Source: an uncultured Candidatus Peribacteria bacterium (GTDB lineage: Bacteria; Patescibacteriota; Gracilibacteria; BD1-5; UBA2023). Taken from it: a stretch of 64,000 bases of DNA. The number at the start of each line of letters is the position of its first letter. The first letter of the stretch is position 1. The translations under genes and the position numbers were made by a program. This document shows positions 30,277 through 39,885 of this stretch, piece by piece. Below the pieces are notes generated by a model. It searched no databases and was not told the DNA's origin. It saw only the letters and a list, made by a program, of their open reading frames with translations. The DNA lies in the NCBI GenBank assembly GCA_964482035.1, contig CAYZVC010000004.1:19572-83571 (forward strand), read 5' to 3'.

Positions 30277-30849
30277 ATGGACCAGAAAAAATCCGTCATT
30301 GCCGCGAAGGCCGCGCTAGCCCTCGCGTTTCTCGCCATCCCCGCGAAATCGTTCGCGTTCGTTCCGCTCGTATGCGACCTCTGTACCGTAGGCGTCGTGG
30401 CCGGATTGGCCGTTTCCCGCTATCTCGGCGTGGACGACTCGGTCGTCGGCGTTTGGATCGGCGCGGTCGTAGTGGCGCTCATCGCCATGACCAACGCGTA
30501 CCTCGAAAACAAGAACGTCCGCTTCAAGTTCCGCGATACCTTGATCGCCCTCTCCTACGTGGGATTCACCGGCGCGTCGCTGTATGTCGCGGGCGTCATC
30601 GGATTGCCGCGTAACGTGTTTTTCAAAATCTCCCAGAATTTTGCGGAATTCGTTCCGTCGATCGTGGCCGACAAGATCTTGCTCAGTTCCGTAGCGGGCG
30701 CGATCGTGCTCGTCGCCGCTTCGAAGTTCTACCAGTTCCTCAAAGCGAAGAACGGCGGAAAGGCCCACTTCCCTTTCGAAAAGGTGTTCATCCCGCTCGC
30801 AAGCCTCGCCGCCACCAGCGCCGTCTTCTACTTCGTCACCCTCAAATAG
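30277..30849 (+). CDS. hypothetical multi-pass membrane protein
   Basis: Intact 190-aa ORF with a signal-like N-terminus and 4-5 hydrophobic helices; TAG stop. Confidence 0.65.
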   Translation: MDQKKSVIAAKAALALAFLAIPAKSFAFVPLVCDLCTVGVVAGLAVSRYLGVDDSVVGVWIGAVVVALIAMTNAYLENKNVRFKFRDTLIALSYVGFTGASLYVAGVIGLPRNVFFKISQNFAEFVPSIVADKILLSSVAGAIVLVAASKFYQFLKAKNGGKAHFPFEKVFIPLASLAATSAVFYFVTLK

Positions 30850-30852
30850 GCC

Positions 30853-31476
30853 ATGTCCGCAAAGGAATCCAAGAAGTTCGAAGACATTAACGCGCTCATC
30901 GAACGCTACGACGCGATGAAGAAACAGGAAAAAATGGACCTCTCGAGCGACCAGGACCTGACCATCGCGATCATGAACCTCATTTCCATTGAGGAACACC
31001 TGATCTTTTCGGGCGCGAAGACCGGCAAGACCCATTTCTACGACCTCGTCGCCGAAGTGCGCGAAATGCGCAAGAACCTGCTCAAGACCGTCATCAAGGA
31101 ATACGAAGGCGAAGTATGGTGCATTTCCAAACACCTCCTCTCCGCCTCGATGCGGCTTTTGGAAGTGGGAACCAAAGCCCAAAGCATGGGGAAAACCCAA
31201 GATGCCTACGACTATTTTGGCAAGTCCTACGACCTCTACTCGCTCTTCTGGGGACTCCAGATGAACGTCATCGGCCCGGGCAGCGTCGAAGCCGTGGCGA
31301 GCGAAGTGTCGGGAGAAAAAATCCCCGCGCCGGAAGTCGTTCGCGTAAGCGGGACGAAGACGGAAGTTTCCGTCGAGACCGCGTCCACCGGAACCTCCGA
31401 ACAACTCCCCCGCCCGGGATTCATGGGAAAACTCGGCCAACTCGTACGCAAGGCCGTGGACTGCTGCATCGAATAA
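30853..31476 (+). CDS. hypothetical protein (207 aa)
   Basis: Intact ORF starting 1 nt after the previous stop; TAA stop followed by a terminator. Confidence 0.65.
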   Translation: MSAKESKKFEDINALIERYDAMKKQEKMDLSSDQDLTIAIMNLISIEEHLIFSGAKTGKTHFYDLVAEVREMRKNLLKTVIKEYEGEVWCISKHLLSASMRLLEVGTKAQSMGKTQDAYDYFGKSYDLYSLFWGLQMNVIGPGSVEAVASEVSGEKIPAPEVVRVSGTKTEVSVETASTGTSEQLPRPGFMGKLGQLVRKAVDCCIE

Positions 31477-31484
31477 ACGCGTAC

Positions 31485-31519
31485 AAAAAAGAAGGCCTTC
31501 GGGCCTTCTTTTCGTTTTT
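31485..31519 (+). terminator. intrinsic terminator
   Basis: GAAGGCC-TTCG-GGCCTTC followed by a T-run. Confidence 0.75.
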
Positions 31520-31534
31520 CACCCCCTCCCGAGA

Positions 31535-31618
31535 TCATTTCTGACGCGGGGGAACGTTTTTGTTTTTGGGATCGAAGCCGAACGGGGTGTCCGGATTTTC
31601 GCAACGGTTGGTCTTCAT
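31535..31618 (-). CDS. possible 27-codon micro-ORF ending at TGA
   Basis: GGAG 6 nt upstream of ATG 31618; MKTNRCENPDTPFGFDPKNKNVPPRQK then TGA 31535-31537; very short, with no homology recalled. Confidence 0.2.
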   Translation of the reverse strand: MKTNRCENPDTPFGFDPKNKNVPPRQK

Positions 31619-31637
31619 TTTTCACTCCTTCTCGAAC

Positions 31638-31664
31638 AAAAGAAAAACCCCCGGAAAACGGGGG
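31638..31664 (-). terminator. intrinsic terminator (leader/attenuator-like position)
   Basis: CCCCCG-TTTTC-CGGGGG then TTTTTCTTTT on the minus strand, immediately upstream of the micro-ORF SD. Confidence 0.5.
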
Positions 31665-31695
31665 CATCGGTTTTTTCTGAAAGCTCGGCGCTACG

Positions 31696-31719
31696 AAAAA
31701 ATCCCCCGAATTCCGGAGG
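31696..31719 (-). terminator. intrinsic terminator-like hairpin
   Basis: CCTCCG-GAATT-CGGGGG then ATTTTTT on the minus strand. Confidence 0.4.
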
Positions 31720-31777
31720 TCATGCAACAGGTGTTTTTGAAAATCTTTCGCATGTTTTCGCGTTAGGCGCTGGAAGA

Positions 31778-31805
31778 AATCTATCGACCGGCTGGGAATT
31801 GTCAA
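31778..31805 (-). promoter_or_regulatory. sigma-70-like promoter (TTGACA - 16 nt - TAGATT)
   Basis: Complement of 31800-31805 is TTGACA and complement of 31778-31783 is TAGATT. Confidence 0.35.
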
Positions 31806-31911
31806 TTTCCATGGCGGAGTTCATGCCTTCGGTCTTGGGAAATCACGCGTTTTCCATATACTCCCAAGCGTTATCCGCCGGCAACGAGCCGGTTACGAAC
31901 CCTTTGCGAAC

Positions 31912-32322
31912 GTGCTGAAATACCGACTGAGCTTCGACGATTTAGGAAGGAAATCGATCAATTCGAGAGCCAAATTCTCTGGAAAATACAAAGACGAGCT
32001 CGCCAAACTCTACGACGTTCTCGATGAGAACTTCGAAAACGAGACCGATTGGGGGCATTTCAATATGGATTCGATCGCTACGGCGGGAAACAACATCCGC
32101 TTCCGCGTGAGCGACCCGGAATACGGCGGACAGCTTCTGGTGAACTGCGTCTTCTGGTACCACCATTCCGACGAAAAGTACGGCTATATCAACGTCGACC
32201 TCGTCACTACGGGGCTCTCCCGCAAAGCCGAGACCAAATTCGTGGGAAAATTCTCGATTCTCGACGTCGAAGCGATTGAGACGGCCATCCGCGAAGGCCT
32301 CAAAGCCTGCGTGAAGTTCTAA
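31912..32322 (+). CDS. hypothetical protein (136 aa)
   Basis: Intact ORF (GTG start as listed in the track), TAA stop, hairpins downstream. Confidence 0.6.
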   Translation: MLKYRLSFDDLGRKSINSRAKFSGKYKDELAKLYDVLDENFENETDWGHFNMDSIATAGNNIRFRVSDPEYGGQLLVNCVFWYHHSDEKYGYINVDLVTTGLSRKAETKFVGKFSILDVEAIETAIREGLKACVKF

Positions 32323-32394
32323 GAAGCCTGATTAAAAAATGCCAGCGCCGCCCCAGGAATCAGGAGCTCTGGCGTTTTTTCGAATTCGGACATA

Positions 32395-34323
32395 ATGGAA
32401 ACGTTTGGCCGACCTTTTCGACCGACCGTTACCCCATCGCATATGCGAAACCCCTTTTCTTCCGAATCCCTCGAGAATTTTAAAAAATCCTCTTCCGAGG
32501 CGGTGCGGCGCTTCCCTATCGCCACTCTCGCGTTGGCGTTCGGCGCGTGCCTCGCGTTCTCGGGAGTTCACGAAGCGATTCCGGACGGATACGAAAACGT
32601 GTTCGCGCGGCTCTGAATGGCTATGGCCGCCGCGTATTTCGCAAGCGTCGCCATCGCGCTTTTCTGCGAATGAGCGAAGGCTTCGAAAACCCGAACCCTT
32701 GCCGCGCAACTTGGCGCCGTAGCCGTAGCCGGGGGATTCTTTTGGGTCTTCGATTTCGAAGGAGGCTTCAAAAACGCGCTTATTTTCGCGCTCACGTTCG
32801 CCGTTCTCGTAGGCTTCACGTTCTTCGCTCCGTACGCGAAGAACCCGTTCTCCAAGAAACCGGGACAAGACGCCTACTACGCGTATTTCCGACGAATCGC
32901 CACGGTGTTCGTCTTCTCCGCTATCCTCTGAGGAGCGCTTACCGCGTTGGGCAATATCGCCATCTTCGCGACCGGCACGCTTTTCGACATCCCGCACGCC
33001 GTTACCGGAAAAATGGTAGGCGACTGGATGGTTCTCGCGCTCGTGCTTTCGACCCCGTTCTTCGCCCTTACGTCGGTTCCGGCGAAATCCACTTTCGACG
33101 CTTCGAAATACGTGGAAACGACGTTCTTCTCGTTTCTCGTGAAGTACGTCGCGATTCCTTTCGTAACGATCTACTTCCTCATCCTCTACGCGTACAGCGC
33201 GAAGGTTTTGGCGAATTTCTCCGAGTGGCCGAAGGGCGAAGTCGCGTGGATGGTCATCGGTTTCTCGTTTTTCGGATACCTCGCCTACGCGTTCTCCTAC
33301 GGGCTCGAAAAGGACGTGGCGTTCGTAAGGAAATTCCGTAAGGCGCTCCCCTTCGCCATCATGCCGCAAACGGTCATGCTCGCGTACGCCATCTATCTCC
33401 GCCTCGCGCAGTACGACCTGACGGCCAACCGCTATTTCGTAGTGGTTTTCGGGGCCATGCTGCTCGCGCTCTCGGCGTATTTCGCCTTCTCCAAGGATAA
33501 GCGCCTCGTGGCGATTCCGGTGGCGGTGGTCGCCTTCGCGGCGGCGGTATCGGTGGGTCCGTGGTCGGTTTTCTCGCTTCCGTCGGCAAGGCAGGAAGCC
33601 CGGCTCGTCCATACTCTCGAAATCGCCGGAATGTTGAAGGACGGAAAGGTTTCGGCACCCGTAACCCCGCTTTCGAAAGAACTCTCGGTGGAAATCTACG
33701 AAGGCGCCGATTACCTCGTCGATTATGCGGGAACGGCGGCCTTGAAAGACGTCTTCCCCGAGCAGTACTCCAAGGCGTACGCAGAAGGAAAATCCGATTT
33801 CGACAAGAACCTCTCGTCTTTCGGACATTCCGGAACGAGGCGCGGCGCCAAGGGCGAATACCGATGACCGGACCGTTACCGGCTTTTCGAAATCCTCGAA
33901 AACGAACTCGGCATCAAGTCGAAATATTCGTGGGGGGATTTCAGCGAAAACGGCATCCTTACCTACCGTGCCATGGATACCGAGGCCGCGATGAACGTGG
34001 CGGGATATTCCGAAATGCGGAAATTGTCGGTCGGATCCTACGATACGGACGCGAAGGGAACCCGCTACGACATCGATTCGATGAAACTCTCCCTCGTCAC
34101 GGCGGGCGGAGGCGAAGAAATCGATCTCGCGCCGTTCGTGGAAAAGCTCGCGAAATCCCAAGAAGGAAACTCGCAGCGCGAAATTCCCAATTCGTACCTC
34201 GTCTTCGAAACCGGAAAGCACAAGTTCGTCTTCGAATCGTTCGCGATGAAGAATCCGAAAATCCAAGATCCGGACAAGCGTTCGCGGTACTGGTCGATCA
34301 GCGGATACGTGCTGACGAAATAA
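32395..34323 (+). CDS. large multi-pass membrane protein with a C-terminal soluble domain (DUF4153-like by recollection)
   Basis: Pieces 32395-32616, 32947-33867 and 33973-34323 share one frame and are joined by TGAs; about 10 hydrophobic helices; start is ATG 32395 or 32443. Confidence 0.65.
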
Positions 34324-34330
34324 CTGGTTC

Positions 34331-34368
34331 AAAAAAATCCCTTCCCGAGACGCGGGGAGGGATTTTTC
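34331..34368. terminator. bidirectional intrinsic terminator
   Basis: ATCCCTTCCC / GGGGAGGGAT stem flanked by an A-run and a T-run, between convergent genes. Confidence 0.7.
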
Positions 34369-34372
34369 AAGA

Positions 34373-37300
34373 TTAGGCGGATTTCTTCTTGGGTTTCACG
34401 TCTTCGCGGTAGAGCACCTTGAGTGCGCAAGGAATAAAGACGAGCGTGATGGTGGTGCCTACGATGAGTCCGCCGGCGAAAGCCAACGCGAACGGCCTCC
34501 ACATTTCGTCGGAAGCGGCGAGGACGAAGAGCCCGAGCGCCGTGATGGCCGTAGTGAGGAATACCGGTTCGAGACGCGATTTGACCGATTCGACGATGAT
34601 CGCGTCGAGGTCGCCCTTCCCTCCGGAACTCTCGAAGAGTTCGTTGAAACGGTTGACCAGATAGATGATGTGCGCCAACCCTACGCCGATGAGCCCGAAG
34701 AACCCGAGGTCGACCATGAAGCTCATGGTGAGTCCGCTCAGAAGGAGGAACGCGAGCGCGCCGGTAAGGAAGAGCGGCATGGTGGCGACGAGGATTCCCG
34801 GCTGCCGGAAATTGCCGAAGTTGAGCACGAGGATGGCGAACATCAGCACGAAGCCCACGAGAAACGCCATTCCGAGGTCTTTTCCGGACTGTTCCATGTC
34901 TTTGACGTCGGCACCGTAGGCCATCTGGACGGCCGGATATTTCGCTACGATGGCGTTGATCTTGGCGGTCGCCTCAGAGAGCGTGAGGTCGTTCCTTTTA
35001 TTGGCTTCTACGCGCACGACGAGGTTTCCGTCGAGGTGCTGGAAGCTCTTGAGCTGGGGCTGGAGACGCGTTTCTTTCAGTACTTCGGAAAGGTAGGCGT
35101 TGGTACCGGGGATGACGAGGTTCTTGAAGTCGACGCTCGCGCCCGAGCCGGACTGGTACGCCACGTATCCGCGGACAGGAATCACGTCTTTGCCGAAGTC
35201 GCCGAGGCTGGTAATCGAAATGCCGTTGCCCTTGTATTCGGTGAGGGCGTTGGATTGCCCCTTCTGATGAATGGAATACACGAACGCGTCGAGTTCGGCG
35301 GGGGCGATGCCGAGCTGGGCCAAACGGTCGAGGTCGTAGACCATTTCGACCTTTCCGTTGGTGTGTTGCAGACTGCTGGTCCAACCGTAGGTTCCGTCGA
35401 TGGCCTTGAGTTCGCCGAGCATCTTTTCGTATTCTCCGGCGAGCTTTTCGATTCCCCCTTCCGAACCGGAAAGCGAGAGGTTGAAGGTAACGTCCTTTCC
35501 TTCGCTCGGACCGGACTTTTGGATCATGACCGTCACGTCAGAAACGCGTTTCGAAAGTTCGGGGTCGGCGGCGATCTTTTCGCCGAGGAACTCGTGGAGT
35601 TCGGAATACATGTGGACCGCGTTGTCTTTTTCTTCGCGGCTGTCGGTATCGGTAAGAACGACGTTGAACTTGGTGAGGTCGGGATTGAAGCTGGAGCGGT
35701 AGACGGTGTTGTCGAGCGCGGACTGGGAGAAGTTTTCGCCAAGGCTGATTTCGAGGTTCTTTACGACCCCCGGGTGCTTTTCGCTGAAGAATTCTTCGAT
35801 AAGGTCCGAGAGTTTCGCCGTGGCCGCCTGGTTGGCTTCCATGCCCGTATCTTTGGAATAGGAAACGTTGACGTAGATGTTGTCCTTGTCGGTGAGCGGC
35901 ATGAAGTCGGCCGCGCCGAATTTGGCGAAGGCGATGATGACGAACACGAAGAGCGCGTAGAACGCCGTGATGAAGAATTTGGGCGTTTTGAGGATGCGTT
36001 CGTACATTCGGTCAAACGGCTTTTCGAAGCGCGAGAAGAATTTTTCGAGTTTTCCATGTCCGTCGCCCTTGCGGACTTTGAGATCCATGTACGAAAGCAC
36101 GAGCGGCAAGAACACGAACGCCACCACGATGGAGAACGCGAGGGTGAGGTTGACCGTGACTGGCAAAAACTTCATGAATTCGCCCATCTTTCCGCTGAGC
36201 ACGAATCCGATGGGAAGGAACATGGATATCGTGACGAGGTTTCCGATGAGGAGCGGTTTCCAGTAGATGGACAACGAGTGCTGGATGGCGCGGAACTTCG
36301 AGTAGCCCTTGCGCATGCCGTCTTCGGCGCCCTGCGCCATGACGATGAGGTTGTCCACCATGATTCCGAGCGACAGATTGAGCGCGACGGAAACGATGCT
36401 GTTGAACGTGTAGCCCATCTGCTTGAGCGCGATGAACGACAACAGGTAGACGAACGGGAACGTGATGGCGACCGCGAACGATCCGCGGAGACCGAGGAAG
36501 ATGGTGGCGATGATGACGATGAGCACCGAAGTGTCGCGGAAGCCGTCCAAAAACGCGTTGAACGTCTGCTTGATGGATATCTCCTGCGAGAACATTTCCT
36601 GCTCCTTGATGCTGTCCTTCGCGAATTCCGCGGACTTGCCGGCGAGGTAGTCTTTGACGCCGCCGATGACCTTGAGGATGTCGGAACCCGGAGACTTATA
36701 GACCATGAACGTCACCGCGTTTTCGCCGTTGACGTAGGAAAGGCGCTGGTAGAACGGGTGCGTTACGGAGACCTTCGCCAAATCTTTGAGGCGGAGCACG
36801 TTGCCGTTCTGGTTGACGAGCGGCACGTTTTCGAGGAAGTCGCGGAACTTCGAAAGCCGTTCGTCGACGTCGCCGGAGGTGCGCCCGTAGGTGCGAACCT
36901 CGAAACCGTAGAGGTTGCCTTCGAGTTTCTTCTTGTCGACCGGCTTCTGTTCGATGCTCGACGAAAGCATCTGCACGAGCACGGGAAGGCGGAGGTTGTA
37001 CCCGCGGAGCTTGTCGTAATCGAATTCGACTTCCACTTGCGAAACGTATTTCCCCACTACCGCGACCTTGTCGACCCCGGGAATCTTTTTCAATTCGTCT
37101 TCCATTCCTCCGACCTTGTCGAAAAGGACCGACGGATAGTACGGCCCCATGACCGAGAACGAATAGACCGGCATGTCTTTGGGGTCGGTCTTCGTCACCG
37201 CGATGTCGGAAACGCCCGTCGGGAGCGAGGCGCGCACTTCGTCGACGGCGGATTTGAGATCGGCGTACGCCGTACCCTTGTCGACGCCGCGCTGGAATTC

Positions 37301-37576
37301 GAGGTTGATGACCCCGACGTTGTTGGTGCTGACGGATTTGAACGTCGAAATGCCCTTTACCGACGGCAGCTTGTCCTCAATCTTCGAAATGACCTGCTGT
37401 TCGATGGTTTCGGCGTCGGCGCCCGGGTAGACGGCGGTGACGTTGAAGAACGGAAGGTTCACTTCCGGAATGGATTCCTTCGACATCGTCGTAAAACTGA
37501 CGTAGCCGATGGCCGCGAGCAATATCATGACGATGAGGAGGAACGGCCTAAAGGCCAAAAAGCGTTTTTCGAACAT
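34373..37576 (-). CDS. RND-family efflux transporter permease (AcrB/HAE type)
   Basis: Intact 1067-aa ORF with 12-TM / two-large-loop architecture and typical N-terminus FLAFRPFLLIVMILLAAIGYVSF; no TGA. Confidence 0.9.
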   Translation of the reverse strand: MFEKRFLAFRPFLLIVMILLAAIGYVSFTTMSKESIPEVNLPFFNVTAVYPGADAETIEQQVISKIEDKLPSVKGISTFKSVSTNNVGVINLEFQRGVDKGTAYADLKSAVDEVRASLPTGVSDIAVTKTDPKDMPVYSFSVMGPYYPSVLFDKVGGMEDELKKIPGVDKVAVVGKYVSQVEVEFDYDKLRGYNLRLPVLVQMLSSSIEQKPVDKKKLEGNLYGFEVRTYGRTSGDVDERLSKFRDFLENVPLVNQNGNVLRLKDLAKVSVTHPFYQRLSYVNGENAVTFMVYKSPGSDILKVIGGVKDYLAGKSAEFAKDSIKEQEMFSQEISIKQTFNAFLDGFRDTSVLIVIIATIFLGLRGSFAVAITFPFVYLLSFIALKQMGYTFNSIVSVALNLSLGIMVDNLIVMAQGAEDGMRKGYSKFRAIQHSLSIYWKPLLIGNLVTISMFLPIGFVLSGKMGEFMKFLPVTVNLTLAFSIVVAFVFLPLVLSYMDLKVRKGDGHGKLEKFFSRFEKPFDRMYERILKTPKFFITAFYALFVFVIIAFAKFGAADFMPLTDKDNIYVNVSYSKDTGMEANQAATAKLSDLIEEFFSEKHPGVVKNLEISLGENFSQSALDNTVYRSSFNPDLTKFNVVLTDTDSREEKDNAVHMYSELHEFLGEKIAADPELSKRVSDVTVMIQKSGPSEGKDVTFNLSLSGSEGGIEKLAGEYEKMLGELKAIDGTYGWTSSLQHTNGKVEMVYDLDRLAQLGIAPAELDAFVYSIHQKGQSNALTEYKGNGISITSLGDFGKDVIPVRGYVAYQSGSGASVDFKNLVIPGTNAYLSEVLKETRLQPQLKSFQHLDGNLVVRVEANKRNDLTLSEATAKINAIVAKYPAVQMAYGADVKDMEQSGKDLGMAFLVGFVLMFAILVLNFGNFRQPGILVATMPLFLTGALAFLLLSGLTMSFMVDLGFFGLIGVGLAHIIYLVNRFNELFESSGGKGDLDAIIVESVKSRLEPVFLTTAITALGLFVLAASDEMWRPFALAFAGGLIVGTTITLVFIPCALKVLYREDVKPKKKSA

Positions 37577-37597
37577 GGAAGGAATCGGATACGGGCT

Positions 37598-39484
37598 TTA
37601 GCGGCAGAGGACGTCGCCGGAAGAAAGCCCCGAACGGACTTCTACGCGGTCGGAATCGAGGTCGCCCAAGACGACGGTCTTTTCGGTGACGGAACCGTCG
37701 GCCGATTTGGCCTTCACGCGGAACCCGCCGATGGTGTTGGTAATGAAATTCACCGGAACGGAAATCTTCGCCGAAGAAAGCGCCGAGCCGGATGCCGTAG
37801 CCGAAACGTCAATGACGCGCCCTTCGGAAACGACCGAGGAAAGTCCGACGGTTTTGCCGTCCTGAACCGCGGACGACGAGGTTTCGTAGATGGAGTTCTG
37901 CGTTACCGGATCCTGATAGCTGAGCTTGGCCTTGAGTTCGGAAGAATACTTCTTGCCGTCGATTTCGAACGAAACCGGAAGCGGCAACGGGAGGTCGTCG
38001 GGGGAATACGCCTGGATTTTCAAGCCCGATTCGTCCGGAACGATCTGGCAGACGGTGGCCCCTGCGGCGACCTTGTTGCCTTCGCTCGCGGATTTTTCCT
38101 TTACGGTACCCGCGATGTCGGAGACGACCGACTGGGTCACGAGGGCGTTGGCGACATTGGTCAGGCCGTTTTCCAGCTGGGCGATCTGGTTGTTCAACTG
38201 GTTGATCTGGATTTCTTTCTGCGACTGGAGCGATTCGATCTGCGAATTCACGCCGCTCAGGTTGGTTTTGAGCGTAGCGAGCGACGAGACCGACTGGTTT
38301 TTCTGGAGGTCGAGCGACGAAACGTAGCTGCCGAGCTTGTTCGACTTCACGTTGTCGATATTGGCCAATACGCTCTTCTTGCTGTTCTCAGCGCCGTTGA
38401 TCTGGGTGCTGAGCGAAAGGATCTGGGTGTCGTAGGTGTTACGGACGGTGTCGAAACTCTTGCCGACGGCGTCGAAACTTCCCTTGGCGGTAAGGATGCC
38501 GTTTTCGAATTGGACGAGCGTGCCGAAAAGCGAGTCGATGGTGGATTGCGAAAAGTTGGTGGAAACGACCGATCCCTTCACCGATTCCTTCGCTTTGCCC
38601 AAGAGGTCGGCGACGGAACCGAGGAACGCGGACTGCGCGTCGGCGTCCATCGAATCGAACTTCATGAACGCGGCATTGGCAGCGGACCATCCGGAAACTA
38701 CCGAGTTTTTCAACGAGGAATCCTTGGCGCCCAAGTAGGTGTCGTAGGCGTCGTTCTTTTCGCGGTTCTTATCGGAAATTCCGTAGGTTTCGTCCAAAAC
38801 GGTGAGCGCGTTGGCTACGAGCGCCTTGGATTGGTTTCGGGCATTGGCGAGGTTGGAATCGAGCTTGGCCAAATCGGCCTTTTGGGAATCCTGAAGCTTG
38901 GCTTTGGAAGCGGTGAGGTCGGCGATTTGGGTGTCGAGCGTGGAGAGCTGGATGTTCAGAAGGTCGAGCTGCTTGTCGATGTCGGAAACGCCGAATCCGC
39001 GCTGCTCCTCGATCTTGGAAAGCGTGTCTTCGAGAATGGAAATCTGGTTTTCGAGATTGGATTTCTGCGTCTGGAGCGAACCGAGCTGGGTGGCGAAGTT
39101 CGAATTGGTAGAAGCGAGGATTTCGCGGGTATTGGAAAGCTGCGAAGAGAGCGATTCCTTTTGGGAAATCTGGTTCTTTACGGAAACGTCCGAAAAATCG
39201 GGAACGATCTTGGCGACCACGTCACCCGCGCGGACCTTCTTCCCCTTTTCGCACGAGAGGGATTCCACCGTGCCGCCGTTACCGGCGGAAAGGTTGCGGA
39301 CGTTGTCGGAAAGGACCTTCGCTTTGAGCGTGAGGGAACGGTCGCCGGAAGAACCGACCTGGAAGGTTTCGGCGCACGTCGCACCGGAACTCGAGGCGGA
39401 GGGAGTGGCGGCTTCTTGGGTTTTTCCGCAGGAAGCGAGAAGCGCCGCGCAAAAAACGGCGGCGATGACGGGAGATTTTCGCAT
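37598..39484 (-). CDS. efflux adaptor (HlyD/membrane-fusion family) lipoprotein with an unusually long coiled coil
   Basis: Lipobox AALLAS-C-G; biotinyl/lipoyl-like GDVVAKIVP and GATVCQIVP halves separated by about 400 aa of heptad-like Q/S/L/N repeats; C-terminal beta domain; directly upstream of the RND gene. Confidence 0.8.
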   Translation of the reverse strand: MRKSPVIAAVFCAALLASCGKTQEAATPSASSSGATCAETFQVGSSGDRSLTLKAKVLSDNVRNLSAGNGGTVESLSCEKGKKVRAGDVVAKIVPDFSDVSVKNQISQKESLSSQLSNTREILASTNSNFATQLGSLQTQKSNLENQISILEDTLSKIEEQRGFGVSDIDKQLDLLNIQLSTLDTQIADLTASKAKLQDSQKADLAKLDSNLANARNQSKALVANALTVLDETYGISDKNREKNDAYDTYLGAKDSSLKNSVVSGWSAANAAFMKFDSMDADAQSAFLGSVADLLGKAKESVKGSVVSTNFSQSTIDSLFGTLVQFENGILTAKGSFDAVGKSFDTVRNTYDTQILSLSTQINGAENSKKSVLANIDNVKSNKLGSYVSSLDLQKNQSVSSLATLKTNLSGVNSQIESLQSQKEIQINQLNNQIAQLENGLTNVANALVTQSVVSDIAGTVKEKSASEGNKVAAGATVCQIVPDESGLKIQAYSPDDLPLPLPVSFEIDGKKYSSELKAKLSYQDPVTQNSIYETSSSAVQDGKTVGLSSVVSEGRVIDVSATASGSALSSAKISVPVNFITNTIGGFRVKAKSADGSVTEKTVVLGDLDSDRVEVRSGLSSGDVLCR

Positions 39485-39496
39485 GCTGGATTTGGA

Positions 39497-39697
39497 TTAT
39501 TCGAGGGTGACGCCTTCGGCGCGGGCGTATTCGATAAGGCTGAGCAGGTCGTCGTTGCGGATGAGGGCTACTGCGCGTTCGTCCTTTACGACGATGGTGA
39601 CGCCGGTACCCGGCTGAAGGCCGAGTTTGTCGCGGACGTCCTTGGGAATGACGATTTGCCCCTTGGTTCCGACGATGACGGTACCGCAAAGGCGCAT
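39497..39697 (-). CDS. AbrB/MazE/SpoVT-family DNA-binding protein
   Basis: GTKGQIVIPKDVRDKLGLQPGTGVTIVV swapped-hairpin motif; GGAGG SD; first gene of the adaptor-RND operon. Confidence 0.85.
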   Translation of the reverse strand: MRLCGTVIVGTKGQIVIPKDVRDKLGLQPGTGVTIVVKDERAVALIRNDDLLSLIEYARAEGVTLE

Positions 39698-39885
39698 TTT
39701 TCCTCCGGAAGGGGAAAGCTTGTTTCAATTTTTTCCTTCGGACATCTTACGTTTCTTTATGAAGTATGACTAAACATACTTGTATGATATTTCATATTTT
39801 TGAGATTTCAAATGCAAAGATGGGAAGAGTGTTATTTGGATTTCGCGCCGTTTCGCTATAATCCGTCAGTTCCAAACCCGAAATC

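Noticed and set aside
30316-34332. Long minus-strand ORFs 30316-31440 and 32332-34332, and similar Arg-rich ORFs at 39856-41169, 46342-47631, 55914-57182, 57816-59465 and 61326-62630
   Set aside because: All lie antisense to, or out of frame with, genes identified by strong motifs (metG, metK, the antiporter and others). Their composition is dominated by Arg/Gly/Glu/Phe.
34670-39769. 1699-aa ORF on the plus strand (the longest in the track)
   Set aside because: It lies antisense to the clearly recognisable RND permease and adaptor genes. Its sequence is low-complexity and Gly/Val/Asp/Arg/Glu-rich without domains.
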